This document shows, one piece after another, positions 1 to 13,421 of a stretch of DNA of 64,000 bases (the first letter of the stretch is position 1; each line of letters begins with the position of its first letter). Under the pieces are notes generated by a model that worked only from the letters and a program-made list of their open reading frames with translations, did no database searches and was not told the DNA's origin. This DNA is from Anolis carolinensis. Its lineage: Eukaryota. A program made the position numbers and the translations under genes. The DNA is taken from positions 19,455,190-19,519,189 of the forward strand of contig NC_085846.1 in the NCBI RefSeq assembly GCF_035594765.1. The letters run 5' to 3'.

Positions 1-444
1 CCAAGGAAATAAGTTAATCTGAGAATAAATTGGGCCATTGTATAAAATGAAAAGCAAAACAAATTTTCAGAAGCCAGAAGAGAGCTGAAGGAATTTCCAG
101 TAATTGTTTTGTTGTTGTGCTCCCTCTGTGTACACTATTTATGGACTTCAACATACTAAGTGAAATCATATGGGTTTAGACTATTGCTCTCTTTAGACCA
201 GGGGAATGAACTTGGGCTCGGTCTCTGGAAGGGAGACAGCAACAATATCCATCCATGTACAGCTAGCCCTCTGCATCCATTGGGATTAGGGGCACAAGAA
301 CCCTGTGAAAGCAAAAAATCACAATTTCGTTTAACCTGAGAAGATACTTTTCTAGGAATTTTTGTGTCTCCTAACATTAGTCCACAGTCAACTTCTACTG
401 AAAGCTGGCCATAGAATTGCATTGGATATCTGTGGTCCCTTCTA

Positions 445-581
445 GGCCCCTTCTACACTGCCATATAAAATCCAGATTGCCATCTTTGATCTGGATTATA
501 TGACAGTGTAGACTCATATGATCTAGTTCAAAGCAGATAATGTTCGATAATCAGGATTATATGGCAGTGTAGAAGTAGTCC
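445..581. mobile_element. Palindromic MITE, probably PIF/Harbinger-like (related copies ~20691-20835 and ~39310-39430)
   Basis: TTCTACACTGCCATATAA at the left is mirrored by TTATATGGCAGTGTAGAA at the right. Confidence 0.65.
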
Positions 582-1982
582 TAAAGATGTCTCTGTATCA
601 CCTCAATGTGATTCTAAAACCACTACTGCCCTCCTGAAGGCTTTACAGCAAGTAGAAGGAAAACTTTTGGTTGGTCAGTAGGTTAATCCCATTTTTTGGC
701 AAATAAACTTCTGGTGAGCATTGCTAATATTTCTGAAGTTTGCTATACAAGAATTATAAATGGAATTATTCATTATCATAGTTGGGGGATGCTAAACTTA
801 TTTTTACTGAGAGCCACATCAGCCTTATGGTTGTCTTTAAAGGGTCGGGTGAATCCAAGGACAGAGAATCTGTGCATACAGAGGGCCAAATTCATATATT
901 TTTACATAGTGGTTGATTCTCTTTAGTTCCCAGATGTTATTGAATCACCACTCCCATCACTTTTGATTATCCATCATGCAGACTAGGGATAATGGGAATT
1001 GCAACTCAACAGCATGTGTGGCTCTATGGTTGGGGAAAGGTTAAAGGACATTGTAAAGTCAGACATATCCACAAATGTTGTATCTAAATTCAAACCCCAC
1101 CAATCTGACAAAACAGAACAAATGGCAGCCTTCCAGGCATTACTATATCACAACTCCCATCAGCTCTAATTATGATGTCTAATGACGAGGAATACAGGAG
1201 TTGTAGTTCAGCTTTTGGAGGGTTACATAGAATGAGATGGCGGGACGGAATCAGCCTGCGTGCCTTGAGATTGACACATGTTCCATAGATCTAACCCACA
1301 ATACAATTGGATACATCTTAAAACCTGAAACTTAAAACTTAAAGGGTAAAAATTGATACTTGCATGGAATGATCAAGAAGTACCAAAATGTCTGTTAATG
1401 AAATATACCTGTATGCTTGAATTCAGCATCTAACCATTATGACTTATTGCAGATGTTTATTGGTTACTGGTCTGGAACTTTAAGAGCAGAGCCCTAAATC
1501 TAGTTGCTAATTTCAACCAGACTGGATATATTGAATCAATGGAATATTTACAAGTACTGACTGATGATATTCACATCTTTCATTTTTTTAAAAATTGTAG
1601 TTGGGTTGGAGCATTCAGTCTGGTTAACACCGATGCTGCATTCTCAAACTCTAGGTTGATAATCACAACTTCAATAAGGCTTGAATAAAGTAGAAATATG
1701 TATATGGTAATATGTATATAGAAAAGTAAGAGTATTGGTGCTGCCCCTAACCATACCATGACTTTGCTTGGGAAAGGAGTGTACTGAGTCAACAGTTCTC
1801 ATCTCCAAGGACAAAACAGGGATTTGGTTTTAATCTAGGGATGGATGAGAATTTTGTTTTAGTGAATTTTGGATTAGTGTTTCTGAAAGTTTGGGATGTA
1901 TTTCACATTTGGAACAGAATTATTGTTAGATTTTTATAAAATCAAATGTGCAGAATATATTTAGCTTTAGAGTTGTAAGTAT

Positions 1983-1998
1983 ATTATTATTGTTGTTG

Positions 1999-2057
<59 letters not shown>
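1983..2057. repeat. (TTG)n(TTA)n microsatellite
   Basis: Directly visible. Confidence 0.95.
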
Positions 2058-2642
2058 GAACACACACACAGAGAAACATACAATCTTGATATTCCACAAT
2101 CAAAATACAAGTATTTTTCCCCAGCCCTGCCACCTCCCCCTTCCCACCCATGAACCCCCACCCTTGACTTCTTCTTACAAAATATGAGGTACAGGAATAC
2201 TATTGAATATTTATACTTCAGTATGATCAAGCATGTAATCATTTCCCTTGATTTCACCAGCTATTCTATTATCACTCAGAATCCTTAACAAAGGATTGTG
2301 GTTCTCTGTGGTTCTCTGGGTTGTGGTCCTCTGTGGTTCAACCCTGTTTGTGGTGATGAGTGATGGTTACTACATTTTCCATTCTCAGAGAGTTAATTTT
2401 TAACAGCAGTATAGCAGACAAGTGCAATTCAGTACTAGGAAGAGCTATGTTGTTGAACTGGATCGGTTTAGATGGGAGTGACTTTTAAAAAAGAGAGTGA
2501 ATCTGATTGACCTTTCTGATGCTTAGCTTTATTTTGCAAGAGAGAGGACGAGAAGATTAACCAAACAGGACTTCTCTATGCTTTGTGGAGATGTGGAAAT
2601 GCAGGGAGTCTTGTTTCTGTTTCATGTTTAATCAGTCAAGAT

Positions 2643-2776
2643 CAGGCATGGACAAACTTTGGCCCTCCAGGTGTTTTGGACTTCAAATCCCACAATTCCT
2701 AACCGCCGGTAGACTCTTAGGAATTGTGGGAGTTGAAGTCCAAACCACCTGGAGGGCCAAAGTTTGTCCTTGTCTG
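2643..2776. mobile_element. Short palindromic hAT (MER5/Charlie-like) MITE
   Basis: ~60-bp arms, CAGGCATGGACAAACTTTGGCCC..GGGCCAAAGTTTGTCC; degenerate 8-bp TSD GTCAAGAT/GCCTAGAT. Confidence 0.75.
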
Positions 2777-2910
2777 GCCTAGATACTGTTTTCAATAAGT
2801 CAAACCTTAATGATGAAACACCTATATAGCTGTGGACTAAAGTCATGGATTGCTCATTTCCTTTTCTGCAGTGGGTCATTCCACAATGAAAGGCTCCTTT
2901 CTATCTAACT

Positions 2911-3045
2911 CAGTGGTTCTCAACCTGTGGGTCCCTAGATGTTTTGGCCTTCAGCTCCCAGAAATCCTAACAGCTGGTAAACTGGATGGGATTTCTCGGT
3001 GTTGAAGGCCAAAAGCATCTGGGGACCCCAGGTTGAAAACCACTG
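2911..3045. mobile_element. Palindromic hAT MITE (CAGTGGTTCTCAACC family)
   Basis: TIRs plus perfect 8-bp TSD ATCTAACT. Confidence 0.85.
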
Positions 3046-3077
3046 ATCTAACTATTGAAAATAAAATTTCTGGTCAG

Positions 3078-3116
3078 ATGTGACAAACATAATTTCTTCA
3101 GCAGCTCTCAATGGGA
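3078..3116 (+). promoter_or_regulatory. Candidate V2R promoter module upstream of gene A
   Basis: ATGTGACAAACATA followed by O/E-like CTCAATGGGA; same arrangement upstream of gene C. Confidence 0.4.
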
Positions 3117-3298
3117 ACACCACCACAAAATTACTAGTTAATTATTGAATAGCTATAATTAATTCAACTCCTCAGCAAATCCTTTTGCTGAGAGTTGGAA
3201 CTGCTCAAGGACCAAACAAATGACACAGTCTGTAAAATACGATATAAACAATATAGGCAATCCCAGGATGTATAGAAAGGGAAAGAGGAGATTTTAAG

Positions 3299-3519
3299 AT
3301 GATGATGCGTTTAATAATATTGATTCTGATATTGTTTCCACCTATGATGTGCAAGTCTGGCATCCCTAAATGCACAATAACAGATCCACATCCACCACTT
3401 CATGAGTATCATCAGCCAGGAGACTTCACCATTGGTGCCATAGCTTCCCTGAGCTTCATTATTTCCGATGCAGTAGCCTTCAATGAAGAACCTCCACAAG
3501 TATTGTTCGAAGAGCTTCT
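3299..3519 (+). CDS. V2R A exon 1 (signal peptide, N-terminus)
   Basis: [29 protein letters not shown]; donor CT|GTAAGA, phase 2. Confidence 0.88.
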
Positions 3520-6500
3520 GTAAGACACTATTACAGAAAAGAAACCCTTTATTTTAGGCAAGATAGCAAATGTTTCTTTCCTATCTATGTCTGAATATTG
3601 TCAAGTGGCCATCTTGGGGGGGGGAGGGGGAAGGTATGTGTATTATTTCATATAAGATGTGTAAAATTATCACTTTTGATAGCTGTTGCAATAGCTTTCT
3701 GTTGTTTTAAACTGCAGATATTTTCATTTTAATCCCTGCTTTGAGTCCTATTTTGGGAGAAAGCTTTCAAAGATCTTGAATAAAGTGCTGAGCTCTTTAA
3801 GAAAGGAATTATTGCTGAGAAAAAAAATCAAGGTGCAGTTTAATACAACTTTAATTGTCATGGCTAATTCTATAGAATCATGGAAACTGTAATTTTATGA
3901 TCTTTTCAGCCAAAGATTACTGGTATATCAGATATTTTGTTAAATCTTTTCTTTTCCTCGGCCCATAAATACAAAGTTGTTGGGCATGAGGATGCTGTCA
4001 TATTACTAAACTACAAATCGTAGGATTCCATAGCATTGTGTAATGACAATTCAAGTGATGTCAACCTGCATTAATTCTATAGCACATGTGCACTTTAGAA
4101 AGTTGCTGTAAAAAAATCCTTAGGCTTTTTGCTTTACAATAGGCAGCTCCTTATTCTTCCCCTCTCCAAGCATTCTTCATTGGGTTATTCTGCCTACATA
4201 TGATGCCTCAAATAGAGAGCATTGTAGAAGGTGCAGAGTGCAAAGCATTGTGCATAACACATGCAGTGGGAAGACAAAAAAAGAAGGATACACTCCCCTC
4301 AATACAAAGTGTGTTTTTATTGCTGCTAATGATGACTTTTCCTCCCCAAGACTTTTGGTTACCCTGGAAAAAATCTGTGAAATGTTTACTTCATTCTTTT
4401 TAGTAGGGGTATGACAGCAATTATTTCTAAGGTGTGGAATATTGTATATATCCATGTGTAAGTCTAAATTTTTTAGTAAAAAAATCAGCCCCAAATACCT
4501 GGGTTGACAAGTACATGGATCAATCTAAGGACTGTACCTTAACTTTTATATTTTGTGGCCATCTCCTTCTCTGCATAGAGTGAGAAAAGATGAAAGTCTG
4601 GTTGGTTCTGGGAAACGTGAAAGAAGCACTGACCTACTCTACTCTCTCAACCATGGCACTACTACTGGTTGAGGTCTGGGTGGAAAAATAGTGGTAGTAG
4701 CAGCCAATAGCACTCCTAAGGCACTGCTGGAGCTTTCCCTTCAATGTGGAATGGCTCTCAACTTATCTAAAAGTCATATCAAACCCCATTATTTTGTCCC
4801 AAATCCTGTCCTCAACTTCCATGTTAGGTCGATTTATCCATGAGTATATACAGAAGGCTTCTGATAGAGAGTGTCATATTTCTTTCAGAGTTGTGCCTAA
4901 ATATTATCAGCACATTGTGGCCTTGGCATTTGCAGTAAAGGAAATCAATGAAAACCCTCAGATCTTACCCAATTTCACCCTTGGCTTCCACATCTATGAC
5001 AATTATTTCACTGCTCAGCAGACATACCATGCCACAATGCTACTCATATACACCTTGGGGAGATTAATTCCCAACTATAAATGCAACATCCATCAAAATA
5101 TGATTGCAATCCTTAGTGGACTTGAACCTCAGGCTTCTCTTCATGCAGCAGCTCTTTTGGATACCTACAAGATTCCAAAGGTAGGCTGCATTGCGTGGGC
5201 GTCCCTGTGAGTGGAATAGGAAAAAATCAACAATATTAAAAATGCTTCCTCACTCAAAATGAGGCAATGTTATTTGATTGTTTGAATGTGAAATGTAATC
5301 TAGATATTTAATTGCCATTTGTATTAACAAAGCATAGAAATATTGGTGTACAGTATGATGCTTGATTTATCACTTTTGAGTAATATGTTTCTCATTTCTG
5401 TTTTAACAAGTAATTAATTCATTAATTATAATTATTACTATTTTGAAAAAAGAAAAATACCAAGCTCTGAACATGGCTTTTAAGGGTGTATCAACATCAG
5501 TGGATAACATCTTACCAGCTGTTGAGAATTGTGGGAGCTGAAGTCCAAAACCCCTGGAGCACCAAAGGTTTGCAACCACTGATCTACAATGTAGTATAAT
5601 ACAGCTAATGGCGTGGAATCCTGGGAGTTGTAGTTTTCCATGGTCTTTATCATCCTCTGCCAAAGAGCTGCTGGTGCCTCACCATACTACAACTTCCAGT
5701 CTGCATAAAACCTAAGCCTGCATCAACATTGCCTTTAGAGCGATGATAAATATATCTTCAGGGGGCCATGCTGGCTACATCCAGAGCTTGTTTAGTCAAT
5801 TCATCTCTTCATGACCCTTCGAAATGTTTGGGAGCCAATGAAAAATCTTTGTGGACAAACCCTCAATCACACTGTCTTAACTACTGTGATAAACAAGCAA
5901 TCCCCCTTTCCCCCCAATAAGTCTTTTAAAAATATATGTTAGGAATGGGATTACCAACTTTATAATCTTACTTTCATGCCCTCTTTATTACTAGAATTAC
6001 TATTACTGCTGCAAAGATTAATATTATTTTCCCCACCTGAAACTCCTCTTTAGGTTACCTATGGCTCTGCTCCAGTCATGAATGATAACACTCCTGACCT
6101 CTTATTCTATCAGATGAAACCACAGGAAACCCTCCAACATCAAGGGATTCTGTCTTTACTTCTCCATTTTGAGTGGACATGGATCGGGGTCCTTGTTTCC
6201 AATGATGAATATGGAGAAAGATTTGTGCAAACTGTGTTGCCAGTTTTTTCGAGGAGAGGTATTTGTTTTGCATTCATAGAAAGGATTTACAGACATACAA
6301 TTGTGACTGAGATGGGTGATCATTTCAAAAGTGGAGCTAAAACACGTGATAAAATCATAGAGAGTGAGGCCAACGTAGTGGTGATTTATGGGGAAAATTT
6401 TGTCATTGATTTCCTGAGATGGTTTCCATATCTCTCAGATCACGAACACATGACAGAGAAAGGTAAAGTGTGGATCATACCAGCCCAGATGGAGCTCACT

Positions 6501-9500
6501 TCAGTGGCGTACCAAAAAAACTGGACTACCGACATATTTCATGGTGCTCTTGCCTTCACGATTCACTCAAATGATTTGCCAGGATTCAAAATGTTTGTGG
6601 AGAAGAGAAACCCTTCCAGCACAAAAGGAGATGGTTTCATTGTGGACTTCTGGCAACAGGCCTTTGGATGTGTCTTTCCAAGTCATTTCTTTGGTGAGGT
6701 GACTGGGGATACTTGCACAGGACAAGAAAAGCTAGATAGCCTTCCTGGTGCTTTATTTGAAATAAGTATGACCGGACATAGCTACAGCATCTACAACGCT
6801 GTCTATGCTTTGGCTTATGCTTTACATGCCATGTCCTCTTGTAGGTTCAAGCACAATTCAGTGGCAGATGGAAGGGGATTTAAGCTTGAGAATCAGCCTC
6901 CTTGGCAGGTAATGGGGTAAACATCCTCTTCTCAGAAGTCATTGTATATATAATTTAACAACAGTCTCAAATCTATGTAACGAAATTTCTCCCAAACTTC
7001 CATTATTTTAACTTTCCTTCAACATGTCACAGTCTACTCTTGAAAAATTATTTTTAAATGTGAATTATCTTTGCTATTTTCAAAAACATTTTGCCTTGTC
7101 CTTACCTACTGACAAATCCAATACTTGATTTGAATTAGAAGTTCAGAATGTTAAAAAAAAGTGATTGCATCTATGATATGGCTGTGCGTTAGAAAATTAA
7201 TATCTACTGTCTTTCTACCTGTAGAGGAATGAGGTCTGTATCTCTCAACCTGTATGAGCCACAACATTGCTCCATTTTCCTTTTAGATTCATCACTATCT
7301 GAAAAGAGTCTCCTTTAACAACAGTGCTGGTGATAAGGTTTCCTTTGACCGTAATGGAGAGCTACTGGCTGGATTTGATATTGTCAACTGGATTATTTTG
7401 CCCAACCAATCTTTTCATAGAGTGAAGGTTGGAAGGATGGATCACCAGGATTCTTCAGCTGGATCATTCTTTATTGAGCATACAATAATGTGGCCACATT
7501 GGTTTAATCAGGTATAATGAAAACTCAGGGTCCATAAGTCTGGATGTAATTTAAGGAAAGTCAAATAGTGGAACTTCCAAGTGCAAGGAAATCAATGTGC
7601 CAAAGGTTTTAGTAATATGCAAAATGGGAAAGTGCTTGTTGTTATGTGCCTTCAAGACACTTCCAACTTATGATGAACCTGGCAAGATTTATTCAGAAAT
7701 CATGTTTCCCTTTGCCCTCTTCTGCGGAGGTAGCCAAAAATAGCCCTGGGTTATTTGGTGAGCTCCAGGAAACTCAGTGCTGGCAACATGCCGGCAATAT
7801 GCAGAGATGGAGAAAACCATCCATGTGATGAGGCTGTAGGATATTCGTTAAAAAACTATAGGAAAATGTGCTGTACGATATTCTGTAAAAACAAAGTTTT
7901 TGCTGTTTAATAAACCCTTTCCATGTTTTAATGATGGAAAATATAATTAGGAAATATAAAAAAAATGTTACAGTGTGTTATTGTTTCAGGGCTACTTCAT
8001 GACTAGATGAGTAAAACCTCCAAGTATGTGCCTTGTTCAAAAGGAGTAGTGTTCCTCTCTTTTTTGTGATTTAGACCCAGCCTATTTCTGTCTGCTCAGA
8101 GAGTTGCCTTCCTGGATCTAGCAAAAAAGTGAAGGAAGGGGAGCCATTTTGCTGCTATGCTTGCATTCCATGTTCTGAAGGGAAAGTTTCAGACTTAAAA
8201 GGTAGGCAATAGACTGTATACCTTCTTTAAACACATTGCCAGACATATAGTTGAAAAATTACCACACTTATTACCGCACTTTCAAAGTTAACATATATAG
8301 TTTTAACTGAAAAAAAGTCATAATAATTGGACACACTTGCATGCTTTACCGACAGCTACTCAAATGTATTGACAGTGTATAATACAGAGATTTAAAATAT
8401 GCTTTCAAACGAATCCTCTCACGTTAGGCATGCAGTTTTTCACTAATTTTGCTCTAAAGAAACAAACTGCAACTTTTGAAATAGTCTTCTCACTGTCAAA
8501 AAGTCTTCAAAATCATCACAAGACTATTCACAGTTCAAGACATATTCTGCCTAAAATTTGCCTGTGTGACAAAACAAGATGCCTGGGACTTAATCAAACA
8601 AATTTTTAAAGCTTACACAGTAATTAGCTGAAATATTATTGGTGCAAGATTTGGACAGTTACATTGGTATAAACCAGTGGTTCCCAACCTTTTTTTTTTT
8701 TTAACAAGGGTCCACTTTGACCAGAGACCACTTTGAACAGGGACCACTCCCAACATTAGTACCAAAAGGGTTACAAATAAGTTTTTGGCCAACTTTAGAT
8801 TTGGTTTGGTTATTTGGGGTGCTGATTCAGAAAATTGCATTGGATAGACCACATCAATTCTAGTTTGTGATACAGAACATATGCCATCCAGTAGTTGCCA
8901 TCTGCTTGCCCACAGAAAACCATATTTAATAATCTAGAGCTGATGTGGTCTATCCAATGCAATTTGCTGAATCAGCACCCCAAATAAACAGGAACACCCC
9001 AGGAACAGGCTTAAAAATGAAGACACCAAGGTGCACTTGCTTCCAAGTGTCACTTGGAATGGCCCCGCTCAGAGGGAGGGAGGGAAGGAGGAGGAGAAGC
9101 AGCAGTCAGGAAGCTTGTTGTTGCACCTTTTGTGGGTAGTCAGCCTCTTCCCTCTCGACATCCCCGTCGCCTCGGCACTATAAGAGGGTTTTGCAAGACC
9201 AGTCACTCTTGTTGCAATGGTGTAGTAATGATGAGGCCACAGACCATATTTTAGTTCTTGGGGACCACAGTTTGGGAACCACTGCTATAAGCAAACAGGT
9301 AGGGAAACAAACAAACATTGGAAAGCTCTATGGTTTCATTGGTTTATTTGTGTAATAAAATATGATATTGCAAAACTTCAAACCACTGAGCTGTTTGAGA
9401 ACATGGTCTTAAAAGAAAGCTTCTATAGAAAGCATGGTGTGGATTCAAAGCAGGAGAGATATGGTCCTATATCAAATTTCAGCAGAGGAGTACTGAATGG

Positions 9501-10476
9501 AGTTTCTGATTTAATGGTTACATGGCAGAAGATGACATGGTTTGAAGATTTAAGGTACATCTTTTCTGTTTCAGATATGAATGACTGTTATAAATGCACA
9601 GATGAAAGCTATCCAAATAAGAAACAAGATATGTGTATTCCCAAGGATATAATTTTCTTGTCCTATGAAGAACCATTGGGCCTCTCTTTAGCCATTTTGG
9701 CTCTTTTCTGTTCTGTGATCACAGCACTGGTGTTAGGAACTTTTATGAAGCACCACAGGACTCCCATTGTCAGAGCCAATAACAGGACCCTCACCTACAC
9801 CCTCCTCATTTTCCTTCTTCTCTGCTTCCTTTCTGCATTCCTGTTCATTGGTAGACCACAGAAGCTCACATGTCTCCTCCAACAAACTGCTTTTGGCATT
9901 ATCTTCTCAACAGCTATTTCTTCTGTGCTGGCCAAAACTATCACTGTGATTCTGGCTTTTATGGCAACTATGCCAGGATCCAGCACAAGGAAGTGGATGG
10001 GGAAAAGGCTAAGCATCTCCACTGTTATTTCCTGCTCTCTTGTCCAAGTAGCTATTTGTACTGCCTGGCTAGTAAGCTCTCCTCCATTTCCAGATGCCGA
10101 CATGCATTCAATACCTGGAAAAATTGTGCTGAAATGCAACGAGGGGTCCATAACTATGTTTTGCTGTGTTTTGGGCTACATGGGTCTTCTTGCCATTGTC
10201 TGCTTCTCTGTGGCTTTCTTTGTCAGGAAATTGCCTGACACTTTCAATGAAGCCAAATTTATTACTTTCAGCATGTTGATCTTTTGCAGTGTTTGGTTAT
10301 CTTTTGTTCCAACTTACATAAGCTCCAAAGGGAAATACATGGTAGCTGTGGAGATCTTTTCTATTTTAGCCTCCAGTGCTGGACTTTTGGGTTGTATCTT
10401 TTCTCCCAAGTGTTATATCATCATATTGAGGCCTCAACTAAACAAAAGAGAACGACTGATTAGAAGGAAAACTTAA
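3299..10476 (+). CDS. V2R gene A, vomeronasal type-2 receptor-like, intact, ~873 aa; join(3299..3519,4889..5180,6054..6908,7287..7511,8075..8201,9575..10476)
   Basis: Six GT-AG exons of 221/292/855/225/127/902 nt sum to 2622 nt in frame. Signal peptide, VFT motifs ([40 protein letters not shown]), Cys-rich CCYxC domain and 7TM ([33 protein letters not shown]). Confidence 0.95.
4889..5180 (+). CDS. V2R A exon 2
   Basis: TTTCAG acceptor; [13 protein letters not shown]|GTAGG; 292 nt like all exon 2s here. Confidence 0.93.
6054..6908 (+). CDS. V2R A exon 3
   Basis: TTTAG|VTYGSAP..PPWQ|GTAATG. Confidence 0.94.
7287..7511 (+). CDS. V2R A exon 4
   Basis: [20 protein letters not shown]|GT; 225 nt, one codon shorter than paralogs. 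Confidence 0.92.
8075..8201 (+). CDS. V2R A exon 5 (Cys-rich domain)
   Basis: [23 protein letters not shown]; 127 nt. Confidence 0.93.
8675..9284. mobile_element. Non-autonomous hAT element with internal inverted repeat
   Basis: TIR CAGTGGTTCCCAA/TTGGGAACCACTG; degenerate 8-bp TSD GTATAAAC/CTATAAGC; internal ~47-bp inverted repeat at ~8810-8856 and 8941-8987. Confidence 0.8.
9575..10476 (+). CDS. V2R A exon 6 (7TM)
   Basis: TTTCAG|AT ATG; class C 7TM ending at TAA. Confidence 0.96.
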
Positions 10477-10532
10477 GGAAACTTAATGCTTATGTATTTT
10501 TCTATAATTTTTACATATGTACTTTCTATATA

Positions 10533-10842
10533 CAGTGTTCCCTCACTTATCACGAGGGTTACGTTCCAGGACCACCCGCTATAAGTGAAAATCTGCGAAG
10601 TAGGGACACTATATTTATTTTAATAAATATAGAATCCCTCCCTCCCGCTCTCCCTACCTCTTTTAATGTATTGCTCAAAGCCGTGGGGGGCCGTGAGGGG
10701 CTGTGGGGGGCCATGCCTCAGTCGGAGCCCTTTTGTGGGAGGGAAGGCTGTATGGCCATGTCCCATGTCCCAGAAGCCTCCAGAAAACACATGAAACTGC
10801 AAGTCTGCAAAAAGCGAACCACGAAGTAGGGGGGAAACACTG
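10533..10842. mobile_element. Tc1/mariner (Tigger-like) MITE in the presumptive 3' UTR of gene A
   Basis: TA|CAGTGTTCCC..GGGAAACACTG|TA. Confidence 0.75.
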
Positions 10843-10914
10843 TACACATTTTCAGACACGTTTCTCTATTTCCCTTATTTAGGGCTTCTTTATATAGAGC
10901 TTTGCCAAATGATC

Positions 10915-10920
10915 AATAAA
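10915..10920 (+). terminator. Candidate polyadenylation signal of gene A
   Basis: AATAAA followed by a T/GT-rich tract. Confidence 0.4.
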
Positions 10921-11648
10921 TAAATTGCTTAGTTTTTATTTTTATATGTATGTCTTTTTTTGTCTTTCTGTTTTGTTATTTTTAATAGTCGCTTAGTTGT
11001 AGCCTCGTAGCAGTAGATAATGCAGTTGTGTAATTTTTAGTTTAATGTATCTAAAAACATCACTTGTATGTTTGGTTTTTTTCTTGAATAAAATTACATT
11101 AAAAGATTTTGCAAAGCTGGAAATCATCTTGGATATATGAAAATCATTTCACCAAACATCTTCTCTTTCAGCACTTGATTTACCATCAAGTGTGGAGAAG
11201 AACAAACCACAGACCACCTACTACAATGCAGTCTGAGCCCTGCTACATGCACAGTGGAGGACCTTCATATAGCAACACTAGAGTCAATCCAACTGGCCAG
11301 CTACTGGTCCAAAGACGTTTAGTATAATGCCAAGTTTTTTTAAACTTTGTTCGTATTTTCAAAAATATTACAATTTGTACCCTTGGTTGGATTCTGACAC
11401 GATTAAATTAAACAATATTTGCCATTTTAGCATATCATTAAACCCATTCAGTGTTAATCTCTGCTGCAGGCATGAGGAAGTTTTGGTTTTTGAGTTGTTT
11501 TGGCCTATATTTCCCACCAAACCTAATTAGGATGAACCATGATCATGGACCGTGATGGCTGTTGTCCAAAATATCTGAAGAACAAACCAATGGTTCTCCC
11601 ATCCTGCTTCAATGGTTGCTGTTCATGCTTAACTTATTATTTTCCATT

Positions 11649-11917
11649 AGCCCCCGGTGGCCAAGGGGATAAAAGCCTCGTAACTTGAAGGTTGGGTTGC
11701 TGACCTGAAAGCTGCCAGGTTCGAATCCCACCCGGGGAGAGTGCGGATGAGCTCCCTCTATCAGCTCCAGCTCCATGCGGGGACATGAGAGAAGCCTCCC
11801 ACAAGGATGGTAAAACATCAAAAACATCCGGGCGTCCCCTGGGCAACGTCCTTGCAGACGGCCAATTCTCTCACTCCAGAAGCAACTCCGGTTGCTCCTG
11901 ATACGAAATAATAATAA
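11649..11917 (+). mobile_element. tRNA-derived SINE
   Basis: A-box-like TGGCCAAGGGG, B box GGTTCGAATCC, (TAA)n tail, TSD TTCCATT. Confidence 0.85.
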
Positions 11918-12434
11918 TTCCATTCGCTAACTCTCATTTAATTTATTCTGTGACCCTGGATTATTTAGAGAAAATTAGTAATTTTGAACCCATAGACATT
12001 TTTGATAATTTGGCAATTTTTGTATGGATTTCACAGAAAAATGAGTCTCCTGGAGCCATAGCTCATAATTAATTTTTTCTAGGAGTACAGTGGAGATAGA
12101 AGAGACTCCTCACATAGCTTCCGTAACTTGCCCAAGAAGTTCAATGTAAGGTTGTAATTGTTATACCAAGCAAATTTGGGCAGTCTTTTCTTTGTACACA
12201 TGAAAAGTGATATTTTTTCCAAGTTACATACACACACTCCCATGCACAAAGTCATGAACAGCTGCAGCTTATAATGGTGCAGGGGATGGAATGATAAGAG
12301 TTGCCATCTCCTAAAGCAAAGATTACCTAGGGTTTTTTTTTTTCCACATCAAGAGACAAACTTCACCTAGCTCTTTGTCAAGCCCATGAAAATCCCTCAA
12401 AGTGTATAGTGGTTTGAGTTTGGACTATGAATTT

Positions 12435-12894
12435 GGAAACTGTGGCGCAGCTGTTGAGCAGCTGCCTTAAATCACTCTGACCATGAGGTCATGAGTTCGA
12501 GGCCAGCCCGTGGCGGGGTGAGCACCCGTCAATTAAAAATAAAAAATAGCCCCTGCTCGTTGCTGACCTAGCAACCCGAAAGATAGTTGCATCTATCAAG
12601 TAGGAGATAAGGTACCACTTATAAAGTGGGGAGGCAAGATTAACTAATTTACGACCTGGAATGAGGAAGTGCCGTCAGTGTGGATGATGAAGCAGCTGCT
12701 CCCCCCTGTGGCCAGAATCGAACATCCCCTCAGAAGATGGTTAACTTGCCTCTGCGTGTGTCTCTCAGTCTCTGTTTGATGTGTTTATGGGCATTGAATG
12801 TTTGCCCTATGTGTGTTATAATGTGATCCGCCCTGAGTCCCCTTCGGGGTGAGAAGGGCGGAATATAAATACTGTAAATAAATAAATAAATAAA
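12435..12894 (+). mobile_element. tRNA-derived SINE with L2-type 3' tail (Anolis SINE2-like)
   Basis: A box TGGCGCAGCTG, B box GAGTTCGAGGCC, L2-type stem-loop CCGCCCTGAGTCCCCTTCGGGGTGAGAAGGGCGG, (TAAA)n tail. Confidence 0.8.
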
Positions 12895-13285
12895 CAACAA
12901 CAACTATTATTATCCCCTAGAAACACACATTCCATAGTTACCATTAGTGGAGACTGGCAGTTTCAACACCACGGATTGATATATCTCTTCTTTTCCATTT
13001 AACCTGAGATGGTGACTGTGTTTAGGAAATACGGTCTAGCACCTTGGACAACTTCTTTAACATTCAGGTTAAAGCCTGGAGCAAATTTCCCATTCTATGA
13101 TATTGGAGCCACTTTCCTGGACTGGTTACTGAATAAAAATATTCAGTTGTCATTTATGCTTTTATATGTGTGCACGTGTGTAAGAGAGAAAGAAAGACAA
13201 ACTTTGTTACCAGATGGATAACCGATCTGAAAAAATATATATACTTTTGTTAGCAGTCCCTTTATTTAAGACCTAGATTCTAGGC

Positions 13286-13421
13286 CAGTGGTTCCTAACC
13301 TTTGGTCCTCCAGATGTTTTGGACTTTAACTCCCAGAAGCCCTTGGCACCTTGCCCAACTATCAGGAATGCTGGCAGTTGAAGTTCAAAATACCTAGAGG
13401 ACCAAAAGTTGGAAACTATTG
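13286..13421. mobile_element. Degenerate palindromic hAT MITE
   Basis: CAGTGGTTCCTAACCTTTGGTCCTC..GAGGACCAAAAGTTGGAAACTATTG. Confidence 0.7.

Noticed and set aside
156-422. Minus-strand 88-aa ORF with a good acceptor-like TTTTTTGCTTTCACAG near 303
   Set aside because: No recognisable protein family or partner exon in the window; cannot be supported.
1948-2257. Poly-Leu and poly-Ile ORFs (also 47433-47621 and 27805-28389)
   Set aside because: Translations of TTA/AAT microsatellites or of the N gap.
9403-9574. N-terminal extensions of exon-containing ORFs (also 4746, 51997, 53985) and read-through tails
   Set aside because: Intronic or upstream sequence outside the splice sites or likely start codon; exon sizes match paralogs without them.
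9795-10151. Recurrent antisense ORFs over exon 6 of several genes
   Set aside because: Shadow ORFs from conserved codon patterns in paralogous 7TM exons.
11655-11730. tRNA-like A/B boxes (also 12440 and 16945)
   Set aside because: These are SINE heads with tails and TSDs, not tRNA genes.
12083-12146. AG..GTAAG-bounded segment reading FRNLPKKFN, faintly like RKLPDxFNE of exon 6
   Set aside because: Too short and the flanks do not align; likely chance.
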